Positions 47,777 to 59,684 of a DNA stretch of 64,000 nucleotides are shown here, piece by piece. The notes below the pieces were generated by a model that saw only the letters and a program-made list of their open reading frames with translations, was not told where the DNA came from and made no database searches. The stretch comes from Vitrella brassicaformis CCMP3155. Taxonomy: Eukaryota > Protista > Chromerida. The stretch spans positions 1-64,000 of the forward strand of contig CDMY01000887.1 in the NCBI GenBank assembly GCA_001179505.1. The letters run 5' to 3'. Positions within the stretch are counted from its first letter, which is position 1. Each line of letters begins with the position of its first letter. A program made the position numbers and the translations under genes.

Positions 47777-49034
47777 ACACACTCACTCACTCACTCACCC
47801 ATACACACATTGGTGGGCAGGCTAGGCTCTGAGAGGGAGGGAGGATAAGGAGGATGGATCCATGGCATTTTTTACGCCTCCTGACGTAGCTTAGCTTGCT
47901 CGCACTGACTTGCCCTTTGCTGAAGCCACACATACACACACGTGCCTCCACACACACATGGTTGCATTGATGTGATTGAATTAAGGGTGGGGACATCCTT
48001 AGCTGACTGACGGACTGACTGACTGACGGATTGGACTGGTGTACATTTCTCTCCTCTCCTCTCCTCTCCTCGTCTGTCTTTCGGGCTGCGTGCTGCCTTA
48101 GGTAGCCTTTTTCTGCTGCATCATGCAAGCAAACTACTGATGGCGGCGGCCATATGGATGGATGGATGGATGGCAGTTGCGAGAGGGATGTCGCCTTTCT
48201 CTGCCTATCCCATTCTGGCCCCTTCGCCACTCCTGCGTCGATGAGAGGAGGCCTGCAGCCAACGCGCTGACTCTCATTGGTGTCGGTGAGACGAACGCCC
48301 GAGGATGGAGAGGCGAGAAGGGTTGCGTTGCCATGTGGTGGTATGTCATCACAGAGCAAAGCCAACCGTCCACCTGGAGATGGTCTCTTCTTCTGCTTCT
48401 GTTGCGTGAGGACAGACGCATGACACGCGTCGTCCACACGATGCCCCGCTGCTGTTTTGTGAGCGGTAGAGTGGCCGGCCCTCTGCGGACATTCATGCTT
48501 GTCGACGTCCGTGTTTTGCGTGTGCGAATGTGGGATGGATGCTATGCAATGGATCACAATCGCAGTGGGTGGAGTGGCTGCACGCCTGGGTGGATGTGTG
48601 TGGATGGACGGCTGGCATGGTGGCTGTGGTAGAGGCGGCTGACGGACTTTGAATGAAGCGATTACGGTAGCATGAAGCACTCAATGATGAGTATGAGTTC
48701 GATCCAACAAAATAAAGGTCGCACCCAGGCACGCACAACGCACCGACGGAGTCTCCGCCTGCCCGTAGGCTCTATGCTTCATTCCCCCCCACACACAGGC
48801 AAGACACAGGGCAAAGCACCACCAACTGACATGGGGGCACAGGTAGCCAAGAGGTCGTGCAGCAGCAGCAGGGACAAACTCTGAGTGGGCCGCAGAAACG
48901 AATGTCTGGCCTGGCCTGTGTGGCTCATGTGACACACAGACAGCCTGACCACACAACACACACACCCACACCCACACGCACACATGAAGGCCAGACATCG
49001 ATCGCTCCGCCTGACCTGCTGACCCTCAGATTAT

Positions 49035-51552
49035 CTAATAGCGGCGAGTCGCCCTTATCCCGATGCGCCAGGCCGACCATCCATTCACTGTGATGATGTC
49101 GAAGTCGCCGACCGCCACACCGTTGGGGAGGAGCTCACGAATGGCATCGACACGGTCGCCAGGCCCTGCCAGCCACACCACAGCACGCCTCAGGCCGCGC
49201 ACGCCAGCCGTTAACAGAGACGTCAGGCCGCTGCTAATGACAGCGACAGCATCCTCCAAGTCATCGGGAACTGAGTGAAAGACAGACAAGGCGGATGGAC
49301 ACAGACAAGGTGAACCTACGAGCACCTTCCTGCACTCACTGCCCTCCCGGCATACCTTCAAACTCCATCAGTATGACATCAATCGCTGGGAAGCCCTCAG
49401 ACCCCCACCCGTCAAAGGCGCCGCCCTGCGTAAGACTGACCGCACCCTCACCGCATCGACCCACATCGACAGTGCCCACCTCCCTCTCCGCCCCCAGCGC
49501 CTCCAGCGCATCGCTCCTGTCCTCCACGCTCACGTTTCTGCCAAACTCCACGCTCTCCACCTCCCTGGGCATCTTCTCTGCCAGCAACCGACCCGTAGCG
49601 CCGCCGACAGCGCTCCAGATATACAGAGCTCTCGCCCTAGGGAGCTGCTGCAGGTGGTTGATGATGGCGGGGGCGGGTGAGGGGCTGCCGGGAGGGGGGA
49701 CGAAGCCAGGGGCATTGTGAACCGCCACACCTTCCACCTTGTCGAATGAGAGGGTCTTTGCTATCTCGACGGCCGCCTGGCTGGGGTCGTTGAGGGGGTG
49801 GGTGAGGTCATGCTGGCTGATGGTGTAGGTCAACTTGTCCGTCTGCCGTGCCGCCTCCTGGATGGCCGTCTTGATGAAGAGGGAGGGGCGACGGGGGAAT
49901 GCGTCGGCGTAGAAAAGGGACAGGTCGAAGTGGCCCCGAAACCCATTGCCCTCCACGTTAAGCGGAACGTCCGGCGAGGTGCAGCAGGTGTTGATGAAGT
50001 CATCGACAGCCAGCAGGGCAGAGAGGCTGTGGTGGTTTGCGAATGATGGACTCTCCACGTCGAGCCTCGTCAGCGACTTGCGGCAGCCACGCGATGACAG
50101 CACATCCTACAGACAGAGAGAAGGACGTTGCTCGTGTGTGTGGGCACGTGCGGATAAGGCCTCCCCTGTGGGATAAATTGCCTACCTGGAGCCGCGTGAC
50201 TCCTGTCAGGTACTGCTCTAAAGGGTCCCGATAACGCTCACGCTCAATCACTCCGATGCGCTTTAGCTGCCTGAGCGCCCCTGGCCGGCCAGGAGGTGCC
50301 ATGGGTATCCGCTCAAACACAGCCGCCCACTGCCCTGGCAAGAGACGCCCCCCAACCTCTCTCAGCGATAAGGACGAGCTGATGAACTGGCCCAGCGTGA
50401 TGGCATCCCACCCACACAGATCCACATACTCGAGTGCGGGCATCTTCCAGCGGGTGTTGGCCAGCACACTGTGCTGCTGGACGGCTCCTGTGACGGCCTT
50501 GAGGGCATGGAGGGTCGGGGGTGGGGCGAATGAAGGGGGGATCGGGGGACGGTGCTGGTTCACATTGCCGGTGCTGCTGGGGCTGGTGCTGGTGGTGGTG
50601 GTGAAGTGGATGGTCTCCAGACTGCCCTCCGCCATGTGCTGCTGCCCCTCCTTCTCGCGTGCCTCCCGCCGCCCGGCCGCATGGCCCTCCACGACGCTTA
50701 TCATACTGTCCAGACACCACCACCGGCCGCTGTGTGGCTGCACGAGGGTGAGGGCCGTCAGATTGACGAGCCGCTTGCCGAGGTCGAAGGCCTCCTCAGG
50801 CGTCGTGTTGTCCCAGAAATGGCGGTCGTCCTCGGTAGAAGAGTCGATGGCGATGTGTGTCTGCTGGTGAAGGGCTGCCTTGCGGACTTGCGGCCACTGC
50901 TTGCAGAGGGTTGGCACAGCCGACAGCTCGCGAGGGGTCATGAAGCTGAAGAGCGACGCCACAAGGTCGTCGCCAAAACCAGCAGGAGTCTAGAGAGAAG
51001 CGACAAAGGGACACAGAGAGGCGGCATGAGAGTGGCTGACATCGTTCGTGTGTCGTGTGTGGCTGTGTGTACCTTCTTGGTAACATCCCACACCTGCACA
51101 CATACCACACACCAAAGCACCAAGCGTCAAACAGTGGTCCACGGCGCTTTTGGTTGAGGTGTGTTTGCCTACCACTTGTGCCATTTGGTGCGTGTCTGTC
51201 AGCGGCGTGGTCTCGTTGTGCGGCACCAGCACTTTGAACTCCTCCGAGCCGCCCACCTCCCTCAAGTGAAGCGCCGTCCCTCCTCTGCCCTCCTCGATGC
51301 GATACACGTCGGCCTTGACCCACCTCTGCTTGCCCTTCTGCCGCCCGTTGGTCACCATTAGCACACGACTGCCCTCTTTGTAACGGCACGGCGCAGGGGA
51401 TGCCATTGCCTGACGAACCGAACAATCAAACGAAGGAACGAATGAGTCAGTGATGTTCTGACACATTGATGAGTGTGTGTGTGTGTGTGTGTGTGTGATT
51501 TGCCTTGACTGACCTCGCCGTGAGGCAAAGCAGACGATGCTGAAGCTGCCAT
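49035..51552 (-). CDS. F-box/LRR-like family A protein (uninterrupted paralog)
   Basis: N-terminal CRYKEGSRVLMVTNG...WVKADVYRIEEG module, intact F-box-like PAGFGDDLVASLFSFMTPRELSAVPTLCKQW, LRR-like WKMPALEYVDL. Ends IRATRRY*. Confidence 0.8.
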
Positions 51553-51830
51553 GGCGCCACTCAAACCCAACTGATGAGGCAGTGCAGAGGAAAGAGATGC
51601 ACCACTCTCCTCACACCACTACTTGGCACCATCGTGTGTTCCTTCCTTAAGGCGACTTAATCATCTGGAATGTTCACACAAATGGGACAGATCTCAGAGA
51701 GACCGGTTTCACGGAATATGTGCGAGCTTGGGCCTTTCTCGGCTCTCTTTCCGAGAGTGCCAATCTCGTTCACCCCACCGCCCTTTCCCTCCATCTTCTT
51801 CTCTCATTGATTCATCGCCTCCGGAGCGTG

Positions 51831-53484
51831 ATGCAGCACTCGCAGCAGCAGCATCCCTTTACACACATCTTTGTCGGCCGGCGCACCTTCTACCTCTTCA
51901 GCATCACAGACATCGTGCGGCTGAGGGCCACGGCAAGGTGGCTCACGGACTTCTTCAGAGCGCTTCAGCTGCGGCAGCGGCTCGCCCACTCGCTCAGGAC
52001 ACAGGCGGGGCTGCGACGGGCGGCCAACAGACAGCCGCCGATGCAGCTGCTGGCAGTGGATGACCAGGAGATGAATCTGCCTGACCTGCTGGTGGCCGTG
52101 TGCATCGTCGAGGAGGGCAGCTGGAAGGAGATGGGCGAGGTCTTTGATCTGGCGGGGCTGTGTGGCAACTGCCAGCTGCCTGTGAGACTCACTGTTGCTG
52201 ATCTCCACCGATTTGTCAGCAGAAGGGTAAGCCGGCATGCAGGTAGGAGGGAGCAGGGGGGGGGGGGGNNNNNNNNNNNNNNNNNNNNNNNNNNNNNNNN
52301 NNNNNNNNNNNNNNNNNNNNNNNNNNNNNNNNNNNNNNNNNNNNNNNNNNNNNNNNNNNNNNNNNNNNNNNNNNNNNNNNNNNNNNNNNNNNNNNNNNNN
52401 NNNNNNNNNNNNNNNNNNNNNNNNNNNNNNNNNNNNNNNNNNNNNNNNNNNNNNNNNNNNNNNNNNNNNNNNNNNNNNNNNNNNNNNNNNNNNNNNNNNN
52501 NNNNNNNNNNNNNNNNNNNNNNNNNNNNNNNNNNNNNNNNNNNNNNNNNNNNNNNNNNNNNNNNNNNNGGGGGGGGGGGGGTTGGTGCGCGTGCCAATGT
52601 GTTGATGTGATGTGTGAGCAGGCGTATGTGTCCGGGCCGCGTGTGCTGGCGCAGCTCAAGATGGTCGGCCACCACATTCACTTCGGCGACGGCGAGACCT
52701 TCCAGGTGTTCCAGCACGGCAACACGGTGCGGGCTATCAAGGACGATAATGGCTTCGAGGTGACGGTCGACCCGGATCTCCCTGCCGGCCACCTGTGCCT
52801 CCAACACCGACGGCAGCATGACCCGCCAGTCAGCAGCAGAATCGGGTATTCTACGCTGGGCTGGAGGCTGGTCTATCCTGCTGCCACTCATTCGTCTGTG
52901 TCGTCATTCATCAAGAGCACCATCCTTGAGCACTTCCAGTCGACTCACGCGAACGACAAGCTCCTCCGATCAATCGACAGGTCAGGCAGACACCGTCATA
53001 AGCGATCGTCTGGAACGCTCGCCCGTATGTCATGTGTGTGTCGTGTCGTTCATCAGGCGTGCTGACAGCGATCGGCTCCGCACCCTCATCACACAATCGC
53101 CCCACACTCCTTTGGAGGGGTGCACAACCACCACCACATGGCAGTGCTACGGCCTCGAATTCCCCGCCTTTCCTGCCCGCCATCGTTATCTCGTGCTGAC
53201 CGGCGCCAGTGACCCCTTCGTCGCGTGGATTCACATGTGGGAGTGGGGCACCTACGGTTGGGCCAACTACGCAGGCAAGAAGAGAAGCACCACCCGATAT
53301 GTATCAGTGCAGCGCTCATTTACCTGGCTGTTTTTCTGCATCTGCAGTGCGTGTGGAGGTCTTCACAACCGAGAAGCCGCTGTCTGGTGTGGGTGCCGCC
53401 TTCAAGGACCGCTTCCCGGAGACCACTCGACTGGCACGTGTGGTGCTGTGGCCGGGCTTCGCAGCCTTGGTCTTCGACCGGTAA
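51831..53484 (+). CDS. Family B F-box-like hypothetical protein, interrupted by a gap inside an intron
   Basis: LFSITDIVRLRATARW, LLVAVCIVEEGSW...CQLPVRLTVADL, HIHFGDGETF, DPPV and AFKDRFPETTRLARVVL...LVFDR*. Homologous to 11730-13046. Confidence 0.75.
52269..52568. other. Assembly gap (300 N) flanked on both sides by 13-nt poly-G
   Basis: N run with G homopolymers at 52256-52268 and 52569-52581. Confidence 1.
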
Positions 53485-53980
53485 GACAGCCGACAGTAGC
53501 TGCAGCAAATATCAAGGACGGGCGGGTTACGTTGCGTGTGCATACCATACGAGTTCATATGCAAAGTGCTGTTCTTGCCCGTTTCTCTCTGTGTGTTTGT
53601 GTGTGTGTGTGTGTGTGTTGTCGGTGTCAGGCCGTGAGTGGACGTTCCGTTCCGTTGATGTGAATGAGAGCGAGGCCCGGGCATATGTGATGTGCATGTA
53701 ACCATGATGCATCAACACCACACACGGCAGCTTTGTGTGCGGAAAAGGGCTGCCTCTGGAGCATTGAGCCTCTCTCACTTTCTGTCTCGTCCATCTGTGC
53801 TTCGTTGACTAGCGGATTTTGTATCGTCATGTGGTTGTTTGCCTACGTACATAAGCAAGGCAAGTGCGTGCGATGCGATGTTCAACCAAGACTTTTTCAA
53901 CGTAATTCACTGCTAAGACTTGGGTGTCGATGTGCAGCCGACTCGTCCATTCATCCGCCCCATTACTGCAGCGGGAGAGG

Positions 53981-56900
53981 ATGTCCACACAGCTTGGCAA
54001 TGAATTCGATCCAGATTCGCTCAATTTGCGAGCTTTGAATATTCCTGTTCCTGCAACACACAGAAGCGCACCCATCGTCCTTCCGCGCGAGAGGTGTATT
54101 GGCAGATGGTGCAACAGAAAGGTAAGCTGCCTGCAGAAGCAACGGAGAAGCACGTGGAGAATCTCATTGTGTGTGCCTCCTGCATGCAGCAAATGGAGTT
54201 GATTCCAAGCACAACTCTGTCTGGCCTGCAGGCAAGATCTTCGACAAGGTGCGAGTGCTCACAGAATCAGGAGGAAAGGCAGCGCGTGTCCGCCTCATTT
54301 CACGTTCCGTCGCTTGCAGGTGCCTCAGCGGACAAAGGAGCAGCTGTGCGTTGTCCTGAAGAACGTACCATACTCATGGTGACAAGCAGAAAGACGCTGC
54401 ACACGCGCCAAGTGTTTTCAATGCTGCTGCTGCTCACTTCTCGATCAGGACCAAGGCTCAGCTGCAACAACACATCCAGCACCAGTGCTCGGCCTTCATC
54501 AGCGCCAACCCTGCAGCTGCCGCAGGGTGCAAGGCACCTGTCATCGCGCACATCGAAATGAAGCCCTTGGTGCCAGTCGCCACCGTGTGCTGCAACGACC
54601 GCGAGAACCGGCAGATCTTCGACCGCATGCGCACCATCACAACCGACGGCAACAAGCCCGACATGCTAGTGCAGGAGTTCCTCAGTGACGCGGAGCGCAA
54701 GGCCCTCAATCAGGCCGCCCTGCAGCCGACGTCTGCCACGCCCTCGTCGAGTGTGGCCTTTCCTCCGTCGCAGAGCGTGGCATCTGATGCGGTGAGCTGG
54801 CCGCCCGGGACGACGTTCAACCAGGTATACGGCACGCACGGTAAATGGCTGACAAGAAAGATGGTTGACGGTTGATTTGGGCGGTAATTGTACGTATGCT
54901 TTGTAGGTTCCTGCTCAAATCCGACAGCGACTGGCGGTCTTCCTTGACAGAGTTCCTAACTATTGGTACGCTGTGTTCCTGTATCCGTTGGCGTGTGCGT
55001 ATTTGGTGATGTGTGCGGGTGTGTCAGGTCAAAGGACGATGTGCACACGCTGGTCGTGACGCACTGCGCAGACTTCATCAAGACAACTCCCGCGGTCGCA
55101 CAAAGCTGCAAAGTGCCCGAGATTGCTGAGGTCTACAGACCATCTTTCGGACCCTACGCGACGCTTTGCTGCAAGGACGACGAAAGCCGCAGGATCTTCC
55201 ACCACATCAAGTACATCAGGACGCCCGATGGGAGGCAGATTCGTGTCATGCCCTTTGTGCCCCGTGATGGGTGAGAAAGCCTGTGACAATCGTTCAGTGA
55301 TGACAGCTTTGACCTTTTGTTGTATGCAGGGATGATCGCAAGTGGGCTCCCACTGCCTCCACTGCATCGCTGCCGCTGTTGTCGACCCTCAAGACGGCTT
55401 CCGAGGCCGCCAACTTCTTCTCAGCCGTCATCCATCCCCTGATGAGACTAGCAGAGGCTGACAAGGACAAGGTCCCCGTGGTGGCCTTGCACGAGCACGC
55501 CGGTCGTCTCGCCATCGGTGCGTGGACAGAGATCGACACCTTCAAGCCCGACGAGCCCAGCACGCCATCACAGGTGTCTCGAGACCCATCGGCTTCCCTT
55601 GACGACTTGCCAGGGCAGGCCGCCACAGCAGGGCAGCAGACGGGGGTCTTCAGCGTTGAGTGGTGGTCGCGCGTGCTTGGGCAGCCTTCCAATGCGATGT
55701 GGCAGAAGAAGGGGGGTCAGGACGCATCGACCAATGGGGCACAGCCGGCTGCCGAGTCGTCGGATGTCGACGATAGCGGCGAGACTCCTGATGATGTGGC
55801 CGACACACAAGAGGAGGACATACTTCGAGCCCTCTGTCAGATCATCGATCGTAAGAGAGAAACACAGAATCCACGGACCATTTGACGTCTGACCGGCTGT
55901 CTGTGATGCTGTCAGAGCGTGGCGGCCGTTCTGCGTTCACCGATGGTCTGCAAATGCTGGCGCAGCTCCCGGTCTTCCGCGAGCGATTCGTCATGCCGGC
56001 CGTCCGATTCGGGTGGATCGCCAGCGCCGGCAGCAAGCCTGAGCTGCGCAAACTCTACGAACGGCTGCGGAAGCTCATCCGGCGCAGGGCAGACGTCTTC
56101 GAGGTGCAGGCCATCGGCAACGCGCCAGCTGCCAACTTCAAAATCAAGCTCGCCCAAGGTGCTGACCGGTACCTCTCGTCCGTCCGTGTGCGCGGGGGCT
56201 CCACTGTGGCGACGGCCAGTGGTGGAGTGGGCAGTCCGCCTGTTGCCACGGTGGCGGTGCTGGAGCTCGAGGGCATGGGGTGCGAGCAGGCTCAGGAGCT
56301 GCTAAAGGGCCTCCTGACCTCCCCGTACGTCCTCAAGGTGGCCTACAACCTGCCCGCCATCATCAAGGCGCTCGAGCTGCCAGCTGCCGAGGCCCCCTCA
56401 TCCATCCGCTTCTGCTGGGACCTGCAGCTAGCGTATGACATCGTTCACCTGACCCCTCTCGCGTCACTCAATGACATCCTCACATGGCGACGCGACACAC
56501 GACCGCCCGCCATCTCGACAGAGCCCTCCAGCAAGGAGAGCGAGGCCGTGGTCTCGGGCTTCCTTCGCGCAGTGGACGAGCTGGCCGCCATGACTTCGCC
56601 AGAGGAGATGCGACTTATCGGCCAGGCGTCCGACCGACGACTCGCCCGCATGGTGGTGGAGGACGGCGGGGCCTCGGCAACTGCTGGCGAGACGCAGGTG
56701 GGCTTCGCCCCTCAGACCTACCAGATGCGCTCGATCGAGGTGCTGGACGTGACGTCGGCCGGCACATCGGTGCCATCGACGGTGCCATCGACGGTGCCTG
56801 CCAGCCAGAGTGAGAATGCGGGCTTGAAGGACTGGACAGACGTCGACACTCTGTTGGACCTGGTGCGCAAGAAACGAGCAATGCCTCACGCCTGTCTGTC

Positions 56901-58695
56901 TGTGAACGTATGCTGCATTGTGTCATGTGCGTCAGGTGCACGAGGACTTTTGGGAGGCAGGCGGCATCCTCGAGGCCACCAGCAATCGCAACAAGGGACC
57001 CACAGCAGCAGCGGCATCAGGCAGCGGTGGTGGCAGTGCACCATCCACGCACCACCTGTACCTTGTCGAGATCGTCTTGTATATCGGGCAGCGGCCGTAC
57101 GCCATCACACGATCGACCCCAAAGAAGAGGTACCTGGTGCCGACCCAGTCGAGTGTGGTCGAGAGGAAGCATCTCGACTTTGCCGTCGACAAGCTGGGTG
57201 GCACAGACAACATCGGGTAAGCAGACACGAAGACAGCTGTTTTCATATAGTGCATGCTGTATCCGTGCAGGCCCGACAATCGTGCCATCCTTCCTGGCTC
57301 TCTGCATCGCATCAGCGCTGTACGGAACAAGTCTGAGGGGCGCACGGTGATCGGCCTGACCATGAGGGTGAGCAGGGAGAATTGGAAGAAAGTGAGAGCA
57401 GCCATTCATTCGTCGTGTGTCGGTCGGCATCCCTCCATCCGCAGGTTGGTCGTGCCATGAAGGGCAACACCGACATGATCCAGGATCTGCTCTTGTCGCC
57501 TGAGAGGGGTGTGGCAGCTGAAGATGGCCTCTCCGTCCTTTTCCTTGGTAGGAGAGGTCTCTCTGTGTGGGCGTCAGGGCCCTGTGTGTTTATTTACTGC
57601 ATGTAGGTGCCCCTGGCTGCGGCAAGACGACCATCATCCGCGAGGCCTCCCGAGTGCTCACTACTGGGGATTTGCAAGTGTGCATCGTCGACACCAGGTA
57701 GCGACCCACCAACAGCTGGCCGCCCATCAGGTGTCATGCAATGACATCTTTTTCTGTCAGCAATGAGATCTGTGGCGGTGGCGATGAGCTGCATCCCTCG
57801 GTTGGCGAGGCCATCCGTCTGATGGTGCCGTGCATCCGCCAGCAGGACAGCGTGATGATTGAGGGGGTCCAGAACCACACAGTAAGTAAGGCGCAGATAG
57901 GACAGGCCGATAAGGGAAGAAAGCCATCACTGTTTAGCTCTTCATTGATGCTCACGCCGTAGCCGGAAGTCATCATTGTGAGTAAGTGGCACGGTGAGTA
58001 AGTGGCACGGTGGACAGCACCGGCTCTATCCGTTCCATAAATGACATGACACACTGCGTGTGACAATGGGCAGGTCGATGCCGCACGCACCATCGCCCAG
58101 CGGAAGGTCCGTCTTCTGGCAACGGCTCACGGCGACTTCGTGAGCCTCTCACGGAATTCGGAGCTTCGGGGGCTGCTGGGAGGCTTTGAGTGAGGCCACC
58201 ATACAGACTCTTTTTGAGAAAGACGACGCTGCTCCTCCTCCTTTGTGTCGATTGTGTGTGTGTGTGTGTGTGTGCAGGACGGTGACGGTGGGCGATGCGC
58301 TGGCGTCGCGTTCGTCTGACGGCCGAAAATCCAAAACTGAGGTACCTACGCACGGAGAGAGAAGACCTGTTTGCCACAAGCTAGGGTGTGTGTGTTGATG
58401 CAGCGGAAAGGTATGCCCCCGTTCGACACGGTGGTGGAGCTGCAGGTGGGTCAGTTCGACGAGTGGCGCATCATACTGGACGTCGCCAAGGCCGTCGACG
58501 CCAGGCTGCAGGTATTGTACATGTGCACACATACATTCGCACACACACACAGTGGACTGACTGGGTGATGCCCGTCTCATGCAGGGCAAGAAGTACTTAG
58601 TGCAGGTGCGTCGCCGGTGCCCGTCGACCGGCCGCGTGTTTGTGAGGTGGGAGGAGACGGCCAGCGATGCAGGCGTCTTCGGAAGCCTGACGTGA
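53981..58695 (+). CDS. Multidomain protein: two RRM-like domains + degenerate 3'-5' exonuclease-like domain + Ycf45/SpoIIIAA-type AAA ATPase (5' end uncertain)
   Basis: CVVLKNVPYSWTKAQL (RNP2-like) and GPYATLCCKD...IRV (RRM-like). LKGLLTSPYVLKVAYN...CWDLQLAY...SLNDIL (exonuclease-like). LVEIVLYIGQRP, DNRAILPGSLHRISAVRN, GLTMRVGRA, LGAPGCGKTT, IVDTSNEI, MIEGVQNHTPEVII, AARTIAQR, ATAHG and PPFD (Ycf45). Confidence 0.8.
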
Positions 58696-59684
58696 CCTCA
58701 CTTAGAGCGATGCGTCCGTGTGCGCCTGCCTTTTTTGCGGGCGTGACCATGTGTGTGTACCATGTGTGTGTTTTGATCACACAGAGGCACCGCCAGCCAG
58801 CCACCAACTAGGTTTTGCCATCTCTCTCTCTTCCCAGCTCTGCACTGACTGTGTATGGGCGTATGTGTTGGCCGTGCGTGGTGAGTACTTGGACGGGACA
58901 CGTTGACAGACAGACATGTTTATGATATGGATGGATGGATGTGTGCGTGAAGGTCGTTTGGTGGATGGCATCGTATATGATGTTGCGTGTCGCACGCCAC
59001 TAATGCCGACTGAGACACCGAGCCAAATCGAACAAGCCAAATCGAACGAGCGTGTGATGTCGTCGTGACCTTGAGTCCTCAGTCCTATGTTGCCAGTCAC
59101 ACGCCCCATTAGCAATCTACCAGCTGGGTATGCACTTGTTTGCCTCTACCAGGAGGCTACAAGGAGGGTCACATCCACACCAGGAGACAAAGATAGTGAA
59201 GCTTTTATGGCGGCCTGAAGAGAACAGCGAATATATATCTGTGTGTCTGAAGCAGCGACACACAGACACTTTCTCAAAAGTCCACTGGTGAAACTCTCGA
59301 GATTCATGTGTGCTGACCTATGTCATGCGAGAATCATGCACGACGGCCGCCTCGAAGTGAGTGAGGCTTTTTACACTTTGTTGTCTATGTCTCGATACAT
59401 ACATGGATAGTACACGCACACACACATACACATACACATACTATACACGCCAAGTCAGCGGACATGAGCGCTACTTCATCAACCACAAACCTCTACTCTT
59501 GCCATCCACCTGTGCACTTGTCTACTCTATCGGCACGCACACACACACACACACACACAGACTGCGTGCGACACAGCACACGCGGACTACAAGTGTCTTT
59601 GGCTGCGACTCACCTGCATCTACCGGCTTGCGAAAAATGCGTCTAATACATGCCTCCCTACGAAGTGTGCCCGTGTGTACTATC

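Noticed and set aside
48684-48830. C-box-like ATGATGA with a distant CTGA (snoRNA?)
   Set aside because: Spacing is long, there is no terminal stem, and no guide target was recognised.
57978-58009. Short direct repeats as CRISPR-like (also 59019-59047 and 56768-56798)
   Set aside because: Only two or three adjacent copies with no spacers, in a eukaryotic context.
59400-59660. Peptide LPSTCALVYSIG reminiscent of FkbM-like methyltransferases
   Set aside because: Too short, with no consistent exon chain or start codon.
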